A stretch of 64,000 bases of DNA. Source: Anaerotignum sp. GTDB lineage: Bacteria > Bacillota > Clostridia > Lachnospirales > Lachnospiraceae. Shown piece by piece: positions 17,675 to 26,141 of the stretch. Both the position numbers and the translations under genes were made by a program. The stretch covers positions 4,482-68,481 of the forward strand of contig CAVARE010000039.1 of assembly GCA_963591145.1 (NCBI GenBank). Direction: 5' to 3'. The notes beneath the pieces were generated by a model, which was not told the DNA's origin, did no database searches, and saw nothing but the letters and a program-made list of their open reading frames with translations. Every line of letters starts with the position of its first letter. The stretch's first letter is position 1.

Positions 17675-18472
17675 TCATCTGTCGCAGTATTTAATGCCAA
17701 AATATTTGGACAGAATCTCTGCAAACTCGCTTTCTTCAAACTCACGGACAGATGCCTTACCATTCTGGCAGATCTTCAGTGTATTATTGCGAATATCGAT
17801 ATATCCGTCCTCTGTATTTCTGTTTACGAGACGCTCCAGATGGAACATCGTATCACCTCTTGCTACGAGGTTCTCACAATTGGCCTCGAAATCCATCGGA
17901 AGCATGGCTATTGGGGCAAATATAATAACAGCACTTTCTTCATTGCTGAATCCCTCGCAGCACTGCATCTTCCAACCCTCATAGGTATCCTCGATCCAGA
18001 ATGCATGGCCATTCTTCTCCTGACGGCCGCCATCGAAGTCAACAGCCCAGTCAGCCTTAGGACCGCCCATGCCTACATCGACATAGAAATTCTTGCCTTC
18101 CATTCTCACAATGATGCCGCGATGATCCAGCCTTAACAGATCTGGAATCACAGGGATGCCGACACGAGCCATGCATCCGACAGCATCATAGCCGAGACCT
18201 TTAAGAAGCAGCAGAAATGCACCATTTAATTCGAAGCAGAATCCTCCGCGATTATTTGTGACAATCTTATCAAACAATGCGTCCGAGGATAAATCTACCG
18301 TGCCAAAGTTCATACACAGCGCCATATTTTCAAATGGCACATTGATCTGATGCTGATGAATCAACATATTTAAGTTGTCCAGTGTTGCATTGCCATCCCA
18401 TGAGGCATGAATCCTCTCGAGATATTTGTCACACTGCTCCTTCGTGAATCCGTCAAATTTAAATTCGTACAT
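17675..18472 (-). CDS. arylamine N-acetyltransferase (NAT family)
   Basis: 265 aa from ATG 18472 (AGGAG RBS); VPFENM and catalytic Cys context RGGFCFELNGAF. Confidence 0.85.
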   Translation of the reverse strand: MYEFKFDGFTKEQCDKYLERIHASWDGNATLDNLNMLIHQHQINVPFENMALCMNFGTVDLSSDALFDKIVTNNRGGFCFELNGAFLLLLKGLGYDAVGCMARVGIPVIPDLLRLDHRGIIVRMEGKNFYVDVGMGGPKADWAVDFDGGRQEKNGHAFWIEDTYEGWKMQCCEGFSNEESAVIIFAPIAMLPMDFEANCENLVARGDTMFHLERLVNRNTEDGYIDIRNNTLKICQNGKASVREFEESEFAEILSKYFGIKYCDR

Positions 18473-18500
18473 ATTTGCTCCTGTTGTCTTCGGGCTACAA

Positions 18501-20447
18501 TCACACATCTAATGCTGCATGATAGCCCCAGTAAACTGCATTGGTGATGGTCGATACCCTGGATGCATCACCAATTACCCTTACGAATGGCGCGCTGTCC
18601 AGAAGGTCATTCACCACATCAGTTCTGGATCTCTGACCCAGGGCACAGATGACGCTCTTGCCAGGAACCAGCACCTCATTGCCGTCCTTATTCTCGCAGA
18701 TGATTCCATCTGCCGTTACTCTCAGCCCCTTATAGCTCGTATGGACTGTGACATATTTGTCTATTTCCTGCATAAGAAGCGGACGGTGACGGACATTTGC
18801 ATCCGGAGCTAATGTATCTCTCATCTCTACCAGATGCACGGTCTTGCCCAGCTGTCCCAGGTGAACCGCGCACTCGCAGCCTGCCAGTCCTCCGCCGAAT
18901 ACAACCACGTCGTCGCCTACCTTATCAGCTTCCTTATAATAATTATTAACAATCGTTACGTTATCGCCGTCCAAGCCCGGAATCGGCGGAACCAGCGGCG
19001 CAGAGCCTGCTGCCACGATTACTGCATCCGGCTGTATCTGCTCCACATATGCCCTGGTAACCTCTGTATTAAGCCTTATATCTACGCCTGATTCCTTACA
19101 GAATCTGGCAAATGTTCCTGCCAGCTCGTACATCTCATGCTTAAATGGTATCGCCTGCTCGCTCTTCAGTATACCGCCGAGTTCGCTCTCCTTCTCGCAT
19201 AAGATTACATCATGACCTCGTCTTGCGGCTGTATACGCAGCATAGAGTCCTCCCGGACCTCCGCCTGCCACAAGAACTTTTTTCTTGACTGGTGCAGGAT
19301 ATATCTCATCGCCCTCCATCTCTCTGCCGATCAATGGATTAACCGTGCAGCGGCGGGTTGATGTTGCTGCTCTTTCCGCCATACAAGTAAAGCATCTGAG
19401 ACAGTGAACGATATCCTCATCTTTATTTGCCATTACTTTATTAGGAAGGAACGGATCAGCCAGAAGCGCACGTCCCATGTATACGATGTCCGCCTGACCT
19501 GATGCGATTATCTCTTCCATCTGGGCTGGGTCATTAAGGCCGCCGATGGTTGCAACCGGCACGCTGACATGCTTCTTGATCTCGGCTGCCAGGAATACAT
19601 TTCTTCCGTGCTCTGTAAACATCGAAGGATGTGTGATGCCAAATGTTTTCTGATATGTGCCGGCACTTACATGAAGTATGCTTACGTACTTTTCTAGCTG
19701 CATCGCGATCCGGACACCCTCATCCAGGCCATATCCCTCTGGAACAAACTCTGAACCGCTCATACGAAACTCTATCGGGAAGAATGGTCCTACTGCAGCG
19801 CGTACTGCTTCTAATATTTCACGGGCAAATCTGCATCTGTTCTCCAGTGAGCCGCCGTATTCATCAGTTCTATGGTTGAACATCGGCGACAGGAACTGAT
19901 TGATCAGCCAGCCATGGCCGCCATGGATCATTATCATCTCGAAGCCTGCACGTTTGGCCAATGCTGCACAGTGACCATAGGATGCGACTATATCCGCAAT
20001 CATTTCACGGGTCAGCTCGCCCACCTTAACTCCGTCTGCACGCACGCATGCAGATGGTCCCCACTGATTTAAGCCCTTCTGCTTATTCTTGTCAGTCATA
20101 TAAGTTCCCGAGAACATGCCCGAATGCGAAAATTCGATGCTCGGTATAGCGCCATGCCTTCTGATGGCATCCGCTGTATATGTGGCGCATGCCAGGGAAT
20201 TCAATATGCTCTCATCCAGATGATATGCATGTGATCCATCAGTTTCAGGATGCACCATCAATTCTGACACCGTTACTGCCGCAGCGCCGCCCTTAGCTCT
20301 CAGCTCATAAAATGCCGTTGATTTAGGTCCGATGCAGCCATCATTTGTAATATCAGTTCCGCCCATAGGCGCTGAAAACATACGATTTCTATATGTAGTT
20401 CGTCCGATTGTGATGGGCGAACACAGATGTGGATATTTTCTTTCCAT
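18501..20447 (-). CDS. 2-enoate reductase / 2,4-dienoyl-CoA reductase-like flavoenzyme (OYE TIM barrel, 4Fe-4S, FAD/NAD(P) domain)
   Basis: 648 aa; IMIHGGHGWLINQFLSP; Cys cluster CLRCFTC..x11..C; VLVAGGGPGGLYAAY and VVVFGGGLAGCECA dinucleotide folds. Confidence 0.85.
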   Translation of the reverse strand: MERKYPHLCSPITIGRTTYRNRMFSAPMGGTDITNDGCIGPKSTAFYELRAKGGAAAVTVSELMVHPETDGSHAYHLDESILNSLACATYTADAIRRHGAIPSIEFSHSGMFSGTYMTDKNKQKGLNQWGPSACVRADGVKVGELTREMIADIVASYGHCAALAKRAGFEMIMIHGGHGWLINQFLSPMFNHRTDEYGGSLENRCRFAREILEAVRAAVGPFFPIEFRMSGSEFVPEGYGLDEGVRIAMQLEKYVSILHVSAGTYQKTFGITHPSMFTEHGRNVFLAAEIKKHVSVPVATIGGLNDPAQMEEIIASGQADIVYMGRALLADPFLPNKVMANKDEDIVHCLRCFTCMAERAATSTRRCTVNPLIGREMEGDEIYPAPVKKKVLVAGGGPGGLYAAYTAARRGHDVILCEKESELGGILKSEQAIPFKHEMYELAGTFARFCKESGVDIRLNTEVTRAYVEQIQPDAVIVAAGSAPLVPPIPGLDGDNVTIVNNYYKEADKVGDDVVVFGGGLAGCECAVHLGQLGKTVHLVEMRDTLAPDANVRHRPLLMQEIDKYVTVHTSYKGLRVTADGIICENKDGNEVLVPGKSVICALGQRSRTDVVNDLLDSAPFVRVIGDASRVSTITNAVYWGYHAALDV

Positions 20448-20522
20448 TGTTGTAACTCCTTGCTTAAAATGTTGTAGCCCTTCTTAACCACATAAAACTG
20501 CTTTTCTGCTTGAGAACACAAG

Positions 20523-20563
20523 CATTCACAGAAAGCAATTCTGCATGGTTCTGAATAGTTACA
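20523..20563 (-). repeat. family A interspersed repeat, short form (copy A6, inverted)
   Basis: CATTCACAGAAAGCAATTCTGCATGGTTCTGAATAGTTACA. Confidence 0.75.
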
Positions 20564-20630
20564 GCATACATTTTTGCCACATCATCATCCAATACATTTT
20601 TTTCATTCACTTATAACCGTCACGTTATCA

Positions 20631-20831
20631 TCATGAATCGCTCTGTTCGCCGCCATAGCTGATTCCGTATTTTCTATAGATTTTATACAGGTCGCTCTGG
20701 CCTATAGTGCTGAACTGCTTACGCATTATCTGCCTGGTATCAGCGCCATTTCTTATCATGGTCTCCGCCTCGGCCAGCTCCTCCTCCCGGAGCATTTCCT
20801 CATTCATTCCCTGATTGTATTCGTTATACAT
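20631..20831 (-). CDS. small hypothetical protein (66 aa), possible HTH
   Basis: ATG 20831 with GGAG 10 nt upstream; the longer ORF form overlaps chrA; no recognisable family. Confidence 0.3.
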   Translation of the reverse strand: MYNEYNQGMNEEMLREEELAEAETMIRNGADTRQIMRKQFSTIGQSDLYKIYRKYGISYGGEQSDS

Positions 20832-20905
20832 ATAATTTTCACTCCAACTAAATTCCAGCTGCCTTATTAGATATTTTGCAGATATTTTCAGATTATTAAC
20901 CGCTG

Positions 20906-21484
20906 TCACAGTCCCAGTAATATTCCGATTCCCGCCGATCCCAGGATGAAAAATATCGGATGTATCTTGATATATTTCATTAAGACAAATAGTACGACGC
21001 ACATTATCGCAGCCTTCCAGTTAAATGTCGTGAAATACGTTCCAATTCTAGGCAGCATGTCAAATGTTATCTTCTCAATCCCGAAGAATACCACCAACAT
21101 GACATTAAATCCCGCTGCCATTATAAATGCTGTGCTGGCAGGCCTTAATAGTCTGAATCCGCCCAACACAAATCTGTTGGTTCGGAATTTGTCCAGCATT
21201 GTAGCGACGATCAATATAACAACTATGCTGGGAAGTGCCAGTGCCAGCGTGGCCAGAATGGCTCCGTACCAGCCGTTTGTTATATATCCTGCATACGTGG
21301 CCATGTTGATTCCTATAGGCCCCGGTGTTGACTCAGCAACGGCTATAAAGGTAAGCACGTCGCTGCTGGTAAACCATGGATATTTTGTTGCTATTTCATA
21401 GAGAAACGGAACCGTCGCCAGGCCGCCGCCCACCGCGAACAGTCCCGTTTTCATAAATTCAAGACACATCATAAGAAGATTCAT
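20906..21484 (-). CDS. chrA: chromate transporter family protein (short CHR, second half of a pair)
   Basis: 192 aa; FAVGGGLATVPFL motif; ATGA overlap with the upstream partner. Confidence 0.85.
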   Translation of the reverse strand: MNLLMMCLEFMKTGLFAVGGGLATVPFLYEIATKYPWFTSSDVLTFIAVAESTPGPIGINMATYAGYITNGWYGAILATLALALPSIVVILIVATMLDKFRTNRFVLGGFRLLRPASTAFIMAAGFNVMLVVFFGIEKITFDMLPRIGTYFTTFNWKAAIMCVVLFVLMKYIKIHPIFFILGSAGIGILLGL

Positions 21485-22104
21485 TTTTTGGCCTCCTTAT
21501 CTGCTCCGAATTTTTTATCTGCATTTATATATTTTTCGCCAAATATAAGTGTCAGAACAACGCTTATGGCGATAACTCCCAGCGTCAAATATACTGTTTC
21601 TATTCTGGTAAATGCTGCCAAAATAAATACGCAGATGAATGCCACCAACGACAGAAGGTCAATGACCGTTTTCTTAATGAAGCTTATTACTGCATTAAAA
21701 ATAAGCACGCATACGCATACTCTGATTCCTGCCAATGCATGCTGCACATATTCATTTTCCTGAAAATTCACCAGGAACGCAGCTATAATCATGATGATTA
21801 TAATGGACGGTGCGATAACACCCAGTGTTGCAATAATGCCACCTAATATGCCCTTGCGCTTGCGTCCTATAAATGTCGAGATATTTACCGCGATTACGCC
21901 CGGTGTGATCTGGGCTATGGCCATGTAATCCACCAGCTCCTCAGATGTCGCCCACTGACGCTTCTCTGCCAATTCTTTCTCTATAATCGCCATCATGGCA
22001 TATCCACCGCCGAAGGTGCATATGCCAATCTTAAACATCGTCCAGAATAGATCCAAATATTCCAATATGGTGCTCTTAATACATTCTTTTTTGCTAGTGT
22101 TCAT
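21481..22104 (-). CDS. chrA: chromate transporter family protein (short CHR, first half of a pair)
   Basis: 207 aa from ATG 22104; FGGGYAMMAIIEKELAEKRQW; the longer ORF to 22218 reads through repeat B1 and is rejected. Confidence 0.85.
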   Translation of the reverse strand: MNTSKKECIKSTILEYLDLFWTMFKIGICTFGGGYAMMAIIEKELAEKRQWATSEELVDYMAIAQITPGVIAVNISTFIGRKRKGILGGIIATLGVIAPSIIIIMIIAAFLVNFQENEYVQHALAGIRVCVCVLIFNAVISFIKKTVIDLLSLVAFICVFILAAFTRIETVYLTLGVIAISVVLTLIFGEKYINADKKFGADKEAKK

Positions 22105-22130
22105 AAGTTCATTTATTGATATTATACCAT

Positions 22131-22222
22131 TCCCGTGCTGTGAACCTCGGCATGCAGCCCCTGCTCGAAAACGCCTTCGCTTATTGTTTTCTCGCAGGGT
22201 GCTGCGCCGTCCCAGCACGGGA
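22131..22222 (+). repeat. family B structured interspersed repeat (copy B1), ~92-nt imperfect hairpin
   Basis: terminal inverted repeats TCCCGTGCTG/CAGCACGGGA; core CTGCTCGAAAACGCCTTCGCTTATTGTTTTCTCGCAG; ~88% identical to the reverse complement of 27516-27606. Confidence 0.85.
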
Positions 22223-22255
22223 ACAGCTAACTTTCAGTTTTTAATTGCAATTGAC

Positions 22256-23059
22256 CTAACAATGCGTCATATTCTGCCTAACGATTTCCCATGCCAGTAT
22301 GCCTGCTGCCACTGACGCATTAAGAGAATCAATATCGCCCTTCATCGGAATTGATGCGACGAAGTCGCACTTTTCCTTGACGAGGCGGCTTACGCCTGAG
22401 CCTTCATTGCCGATTACCAGTCCGATAGCCCCGGTCATATTGAGCTTATACATTTCCTCGCCGTCCATGTCTGCACAGACGAACCATATTCCCTGTTCCT
22501 TGAGATAATCAATTGTCTGGGCGATATTCGTCACCTTAGCAACCAATGTATGATAAACAGCCCCCGCGGATGCCTTAGCTACCGTAGCATTTACCGATGC
22601 TGCGCGATGCTTAGGAATGATCACGCCATGGGCTCCCGCCAGATTAGCACTTCTTATTATTGCGCCCAGATTATGAGGATCCTCGATACCATCCAATACA
22701 AAAATAAAAGGCTTCTCGCCTCGTTCCCGTGCCAATGCCAGTATATCCTCAACCTCAGCATATTTTATTGCTGACAGATTAAGAATCGCTCCCTGATGGT
22801 GTCCTGTCTCAGACATAAGATCCAGCTTGTCCTTAGGAACATATACAGTCAGAATGTTACGACTCTTAGCCTCAGCCACAAGCTGGCTTATAGGACCGTC
22901 TCCCAGTCCCTCCTGAACATACAGCTTATCTATATTTTCATTAGTTTTTAACGCTTCAAGAACAGCATTTCTGCCTTCAACCATCAGCTCGTTCTGCTTC
23001 TTCGGCTCGGCTGCATCTGTGTTCTTGCGGTTTGCTCTATTATCCTTTTTATATGCCAT
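22256..23059 (-). CDS. rlmB: 23S rRNA (guanosine-2'-O)-methyltransferase RlmB (SpoU/TrmH family)
   Basis: 267 aa; SpoU motifs LDGIEDPHNLGAIIRSA, LVIGNEGSG, IPM.G..DSLNASVAAGI; synteny cysS-mrnC-rlmB. Confidence 0.9.
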   Translation of the reverse strand: MAYKKDNRANRKNTDAAEPKKQNELMVEGRNAVLEALKTNENIDKLYVQEGLGDGPISQLVAEAKSRNILTVYVPKDKLDLMSETGHHQGAILNLSAIKYAEVEDILALARERGEKPFIFVLDGIEDPHNLGAIIRSANLAGAHGVIIPKHRAASVNATVAKASAGAVYHTLVAKVTNIAQTIDYLKEQGIWFVCADMDGEEMYKLNMTGAIGLVIGNEGSGVSRLVKEKCDFVASIPMKGDIDSLNASVAAGILAWEIVRQNMTHC

Positions 23060-23129
23060 TTGATTTTCTTTCTTGCTAATTTCTCATCGTACCGGGTTCG
23101 AGTGCATCACGGCTTAAGCTGGGATGCAC

Positions 23130-23531
23130 TTACACATGAGAAGCCGGCACCTGCCTGGCTGCCTCAATCCCTGCACTGATCAGCTCATCTATTCGCTCTG
23201 TACGGCCTTCCAGGAACAGATATCCCAGCAGTGCCTCCACGCCGGTAGCTCTTCTGTATTCGCTGATAGAACAGCTGTGAGGCGCAGAGATAGATTTGAA
23301 ATTTCTGCCCCTCTTGTATACTGCCATTTCCTCTTCTGTCAGCATCTCCTGCCATACGTTGGCGATAAGTGCCTGTGCCTTGGCATTAGTAAGTGCCTTG
23401 GATTTTTTATTTAACTCATCGGCACTTCCCTCGCATTCATTTACGACCCTGTTTCTTATATTAAGCTCATATACAGAATCGCCTAAGAATGCCAATGCGG
23501 CCGATGATATATTATTTATTTTCTGTGCCAC
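23130..23531 (-). CDS. mrnC: Mini-ribonuclease 3
   Basis: 133 aa; ALAFLGDSVYEL RNase III signature; 16-nt overlap with cysS. Confidence 0.9.
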   Translation of the reverse strand: MAQKINNISSAALAFLGDSVYELNIRNRVVNECEGSADELNKKSKALTNAKAQALIANVWQEMLTEEEMAVYKRGRNFKSISAPHSCSISEYRRATGVEALLGYLFLEGRTERIDELISAGIEAARQVPASHV

Positions 23532-24922
23532 TTAACGCCCTCTCTTGTATCTTCCAGCACGATGCCCATCTGGTCTAACTGGGCACGTATCTCATCCGCA
23601 CGCGCGAAATTTTTAGCCTTTCTGGCAGCCTGACGCTCATTTATAAGCTCTTCTACCTCGCTTGTAAGGTCATCCTTTTCTGCTTCCAGCTTAATTCCCA
23701 GTACATCGCAGAGCTTACCCAGAGCATCCCTTGCAATTGTAACAAATGCGATTGAACTATTCTCATTTACAGCCGAATTAATGGCACGTACTAATTCAAA
23801 TACTGCTGATATAGCATCTGCTGTATTGCAGTCATCATCCATTGCTGCCTCAAATTTTTCTATATAAGAAGCCGCAAAATTCTTATCCTCTCCCTCGACG
23901 AGATCTGTCGTTCTGCCAGATGCATTTGCCAGGATATAATCAAGATTAGCTGCCGCATTCTTGATTCTGTCCAATCCTGCCTTGGCTACATCCATCAATG
24001 TATCTGAGAAGTTCAGCGGGCTTCTGTAATGAGCCGACAGCATGAAGAATCTTAATACCTGCGGATCATATTTAGCGATAATATCACGTACCGTGAAGAA
24101 ATTGCCTGCTGATTTGCTCATCTTAGCGCCGTCGATATTAAGAAATGCATTATGCATCCAGTAGTGTGCAAATGGTACTCCATTAGCAGCTTCTGACTGT
24201 GCGATTTCATTTTCGTGATGAGGGAATACCAGATCCTCGCCGCCTGCGTGAATATCAATCGTGTCACCCAGATATCTCTTGGCCATAACAGAGCATTCGA
24301 TATGCCAGCCCGGGCGGCCATCTGACCACGGACTCGGCCATGAAGGCTCGCCCTCTTTCTTCGGCTTCCACAGCACGAAGTCTGCAGCATCTTCCTTCTC
24401 ATCCTCACCTGTTACCTTGATATCACGGTGTCCGCTCTGCATGTCATCCAGGTTCTTCTTGGACAATTTGCCGTAACCCTTGAACTTTCTGGTTCTGTAA
24501 TATACAGTGCCATTCTTCTCGTAGGCATATCCCTTATCGATCAGGGTCTGGATCATATCCAGCATGCCCTGGATTTCTTTAGTTGCCTGCGGCGCCACTG
24601 TGGCAGGACGGATATTAAGGGATGCCATGTCTTTCTTGCATTCATCAATATATTTATTGGCCACCTCTTCTGCAGAGATGCCCTCTTCAATGGCTCTCTT
24701 GATGATCTTGTCATCAACGTCTGTAAAATTCGATACATAGGTTACGTCGTATCCCTTGTATTCCAGATATCTTCTGAATGTATCGAATACGATCATCGGT
24801 CTTGCATTTCCGATATGTATCAGATTGTATACTGTAGGTCCGCAGACATACATGCTGATCTTGCCTTCCTTAATAGGAACCAGATCCTCTTTTCTTGCAT
24901 TTAACGTGTTATAAATTCTCAT
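23516..24922 (-). CDS. cysS: cysteine--tRNA ligase
   Basis: 468 aa; HIGN (HIGH) and KMSKS motifs. Confidence 0.97.
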   Translation of the reverse strand: MRIYNTLNARKEDLVPIKEGKISMYVCGPTVYNLIHIGNARPMIVFDTFRRYLEYKGYDVTYVSNFTDVDDKIIKRAIEEGISAEEVANKYIDECKKDMASLNIRPATVAPQATKEIQGMLDMIQTLIDKGYAYEKNGTVYYRTRKFKGYGKLSKKNLDDMQSGHRDIKVTGEDEKEDAADFVLWKPKKEGEPSWPSPWSDGRPGWHIECSVMAKRYLGDTIDIHAGGEDLVFPHHENEIAQSEAANGVPFAHYWMHNAFLNIDGAKMSKSAGNFFTVRDIIAKYDPQVLRFFMLSAHYRSPLNFSDTLMDVAKAGLDRIKNAAANLDYILANASGRTTDLVEGEDKNFAASYIEKFEAAMDDDCNTADAISAVFELVRAINSAVNENSSIAFVTIARDALGKLCDVLGIKLEAEKDDLTSEVEELINERQAARKAKNFARADEIRAQLDQMGIVLEDTREGVKWHRK

Positions 24923-25000
24923 ATATATTTCCTCTCGTATCCGGTGAGTTATCCTGTATAGGCAAATGTTTAGCCAGCCTCACGGTTCATTCATATCATA

Positions 25001-25070
25001 TAACTATTCAAGAACCACATTGCAAAACCCTGCCACTGGCAGCTTCTCTGCATGCTCAGGCATCGCAAAA
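25001..25070 (+). repeat. family A interspersed repeat, long form (copy A1), overlaps the ispF stop codon
   Basis: TAACTATTCAAGAACCACATTGCAAAACCCTGCCACTGGCAGCTTCTCTGCATGCTCAGGCATCGCAAAA. Confidence 0.8.
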
Positions 25071-25538
25071 ACGCTTGATCAGCGCAATGGCCTGCGCCGC
25101 GATTCCTTCCTTGCGGCCTGTAAATCCCAGCCGTTCCTCGGTTGTTGCCTTGACGCTCACGCATCCGATATCTATGTCCAGTGCCTTGCTTATATTTTCA
25201 CGCATCTTGTCGATATAAGGCCTTAATTTAGGCGCCTGTGCGATGACCGTTGAATCAATATTCTCTATTTCATAATCATTTTCCTTCAGCCTGTCGCCAA
25301 CTATTTCCAGCAGCTTCATGCTGTCTGCTCCCTTATAGGCTTCATCTGTATCCGGAAACAGTAGCCCTATGTCTCCCAGCGCCGCAGCACCCAGGAGTGC
25401 GTCCATAATAGCATGAACCAGCACATCCGCATCCGAATGCCCATCCAGGCCTTTATCATGATTGATCTCAACGCCGCCCAGGATAAGCTTTCTTCCCTCC
25501 GCTAATCTATGAACATCATATCCTTGCCCGATTCTCAT
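25056..25538 (-). CDS. ispF: 2-C-methyl-D-erythritol 2,4-cyclodiphosphate synthase
   Basis: 160 aa from ATG 25538 (AGGTGG RBS); [24 protein letters not shown]. Confidence 0.93.
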   Translation of the reverse strand: MRIGQGYDVHRLAEGRKLILGGVEINHDKGLDGHSDADVLVHAIMDALLGAAALGDIGLLFPDTDEAYKGADSMKLLEIVGDRLKENDYEIENIDSTVIAQAPKLRPYIDKMRENISKALDIDIGCVSVKATTEERLGFTGRKEGIAAQAIALIKRFCDA

Positions 25539-25734
25539 ATCCACCTGCCTGATTATTTCTAGATATATGTGTAGATATTTGCGCAAATAAGATGCTGTAT
25601 GAGTACTATCATACCAGGCACAGTTATGCACAAAACAGCTCTTATTCCCGCGGCTTCATCCACCTTACAAATTATACACACCTTTCGCGAATTTGAAACA
25701 GTATTTGCTTATTTTAACAAATTTAATTTTGTTG

Positions 25735-25763
25735 TTGACAATCTGTAAGCTTTTTTATATACT
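25735..25763 (+). promoter_or_regulatory. sigma-A promoter of the tRNA-Val/tRNA-Met pair
   Basis: TTGACA-17 nt-TATACT. Confidence 0.75.
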
Positions 25764-25785
25764 TTGATGGCGTTAAGAAATGCAT

Positions 25786-25858
25786 GGGATCTTAGCTCAG
25801 CTGGGAGAGCACCTGCCTTACAAGCAGGGGGTCATAGGTTCGAGCCCTATAGGTCCCA
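25786..25858 (+). tRNA. tRNA-Val (anticodon TAC)
   Basis: cloverleaf GGGATCT..AGGTCCC-A; anticodon arm CCTGC-CTTACAA-GCAGG. Confidence 0.92.
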
Positions 25859-25899
25859 TTAAACCGGGTTTTTATAGTTGTATAGGGGCTTGGTTTTAT

Positions 25900-25973
25900 G
25901 GCGAGATAGCTCAGTTGGCTAGAGCACGCGGTTCATACCCGCGGTGTCGAGGGTTCAAATCCCCCTCTCGCTA
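25900..25973 (+). tRNA. tRNA with CAT anticodon, most likely elongator tRNA-Met (tRNA-Ile2 not excluded)
   Basis: anticodon arm CGCGG-TTCATAC-CCGCG; lacks the three consecutive G-C pairs of initiator tRNAs. Confidence 0.8.
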
Positions 25974-25982
25974 CTACTTAGA

Positions 25983-26017
25983 TAGCTGTACATTGAAAGA
26001 TGTGCAGCTATTTTTTG
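25983..26017 (+). terminator. intrinsic terminator after the tRNA pair
   Basis: AGCTGTACAT-TGAAAG-ATGTGCAGCT followed by ATTTTTTGTT. Confidence 0.85.
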
Positions 26018-26141
26018 TTGTGCTACTGCTATCAAAAATCCCATCCAATGTCTGCTCAGGCAAATGAATCGTCTCACTCACCGTCATAAACATTGGACGG
26101 GATATTTTTATTTGCTTTCGCTATTGCTATATCTGTCGCTA

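Noticed and set aside
18501-20447. Bilirubin reductase (BilR) candidate
   Set aside because: The active-site region reads HGGHGWL, as in generic OYE/enoate reductases. As I recall, the BilR clade has an HGDR-type motif there. No bilS- or bilQ-like genes are adjacent.
22105-22218. N-terminal extension of the chrA ORF (MLGRRSTLRENNKRRRFRAGAACRGSQHG..)
   Set aside because: The extension is a translation of repeat B1. The CHR-family homology starts after ATG 22104.
25780-26067. 95-aa ORF
   Set aside because: It overlaps tRNA-Val and tRNA-Met on the same strand, so it is an artefact of translating tRNA genes.
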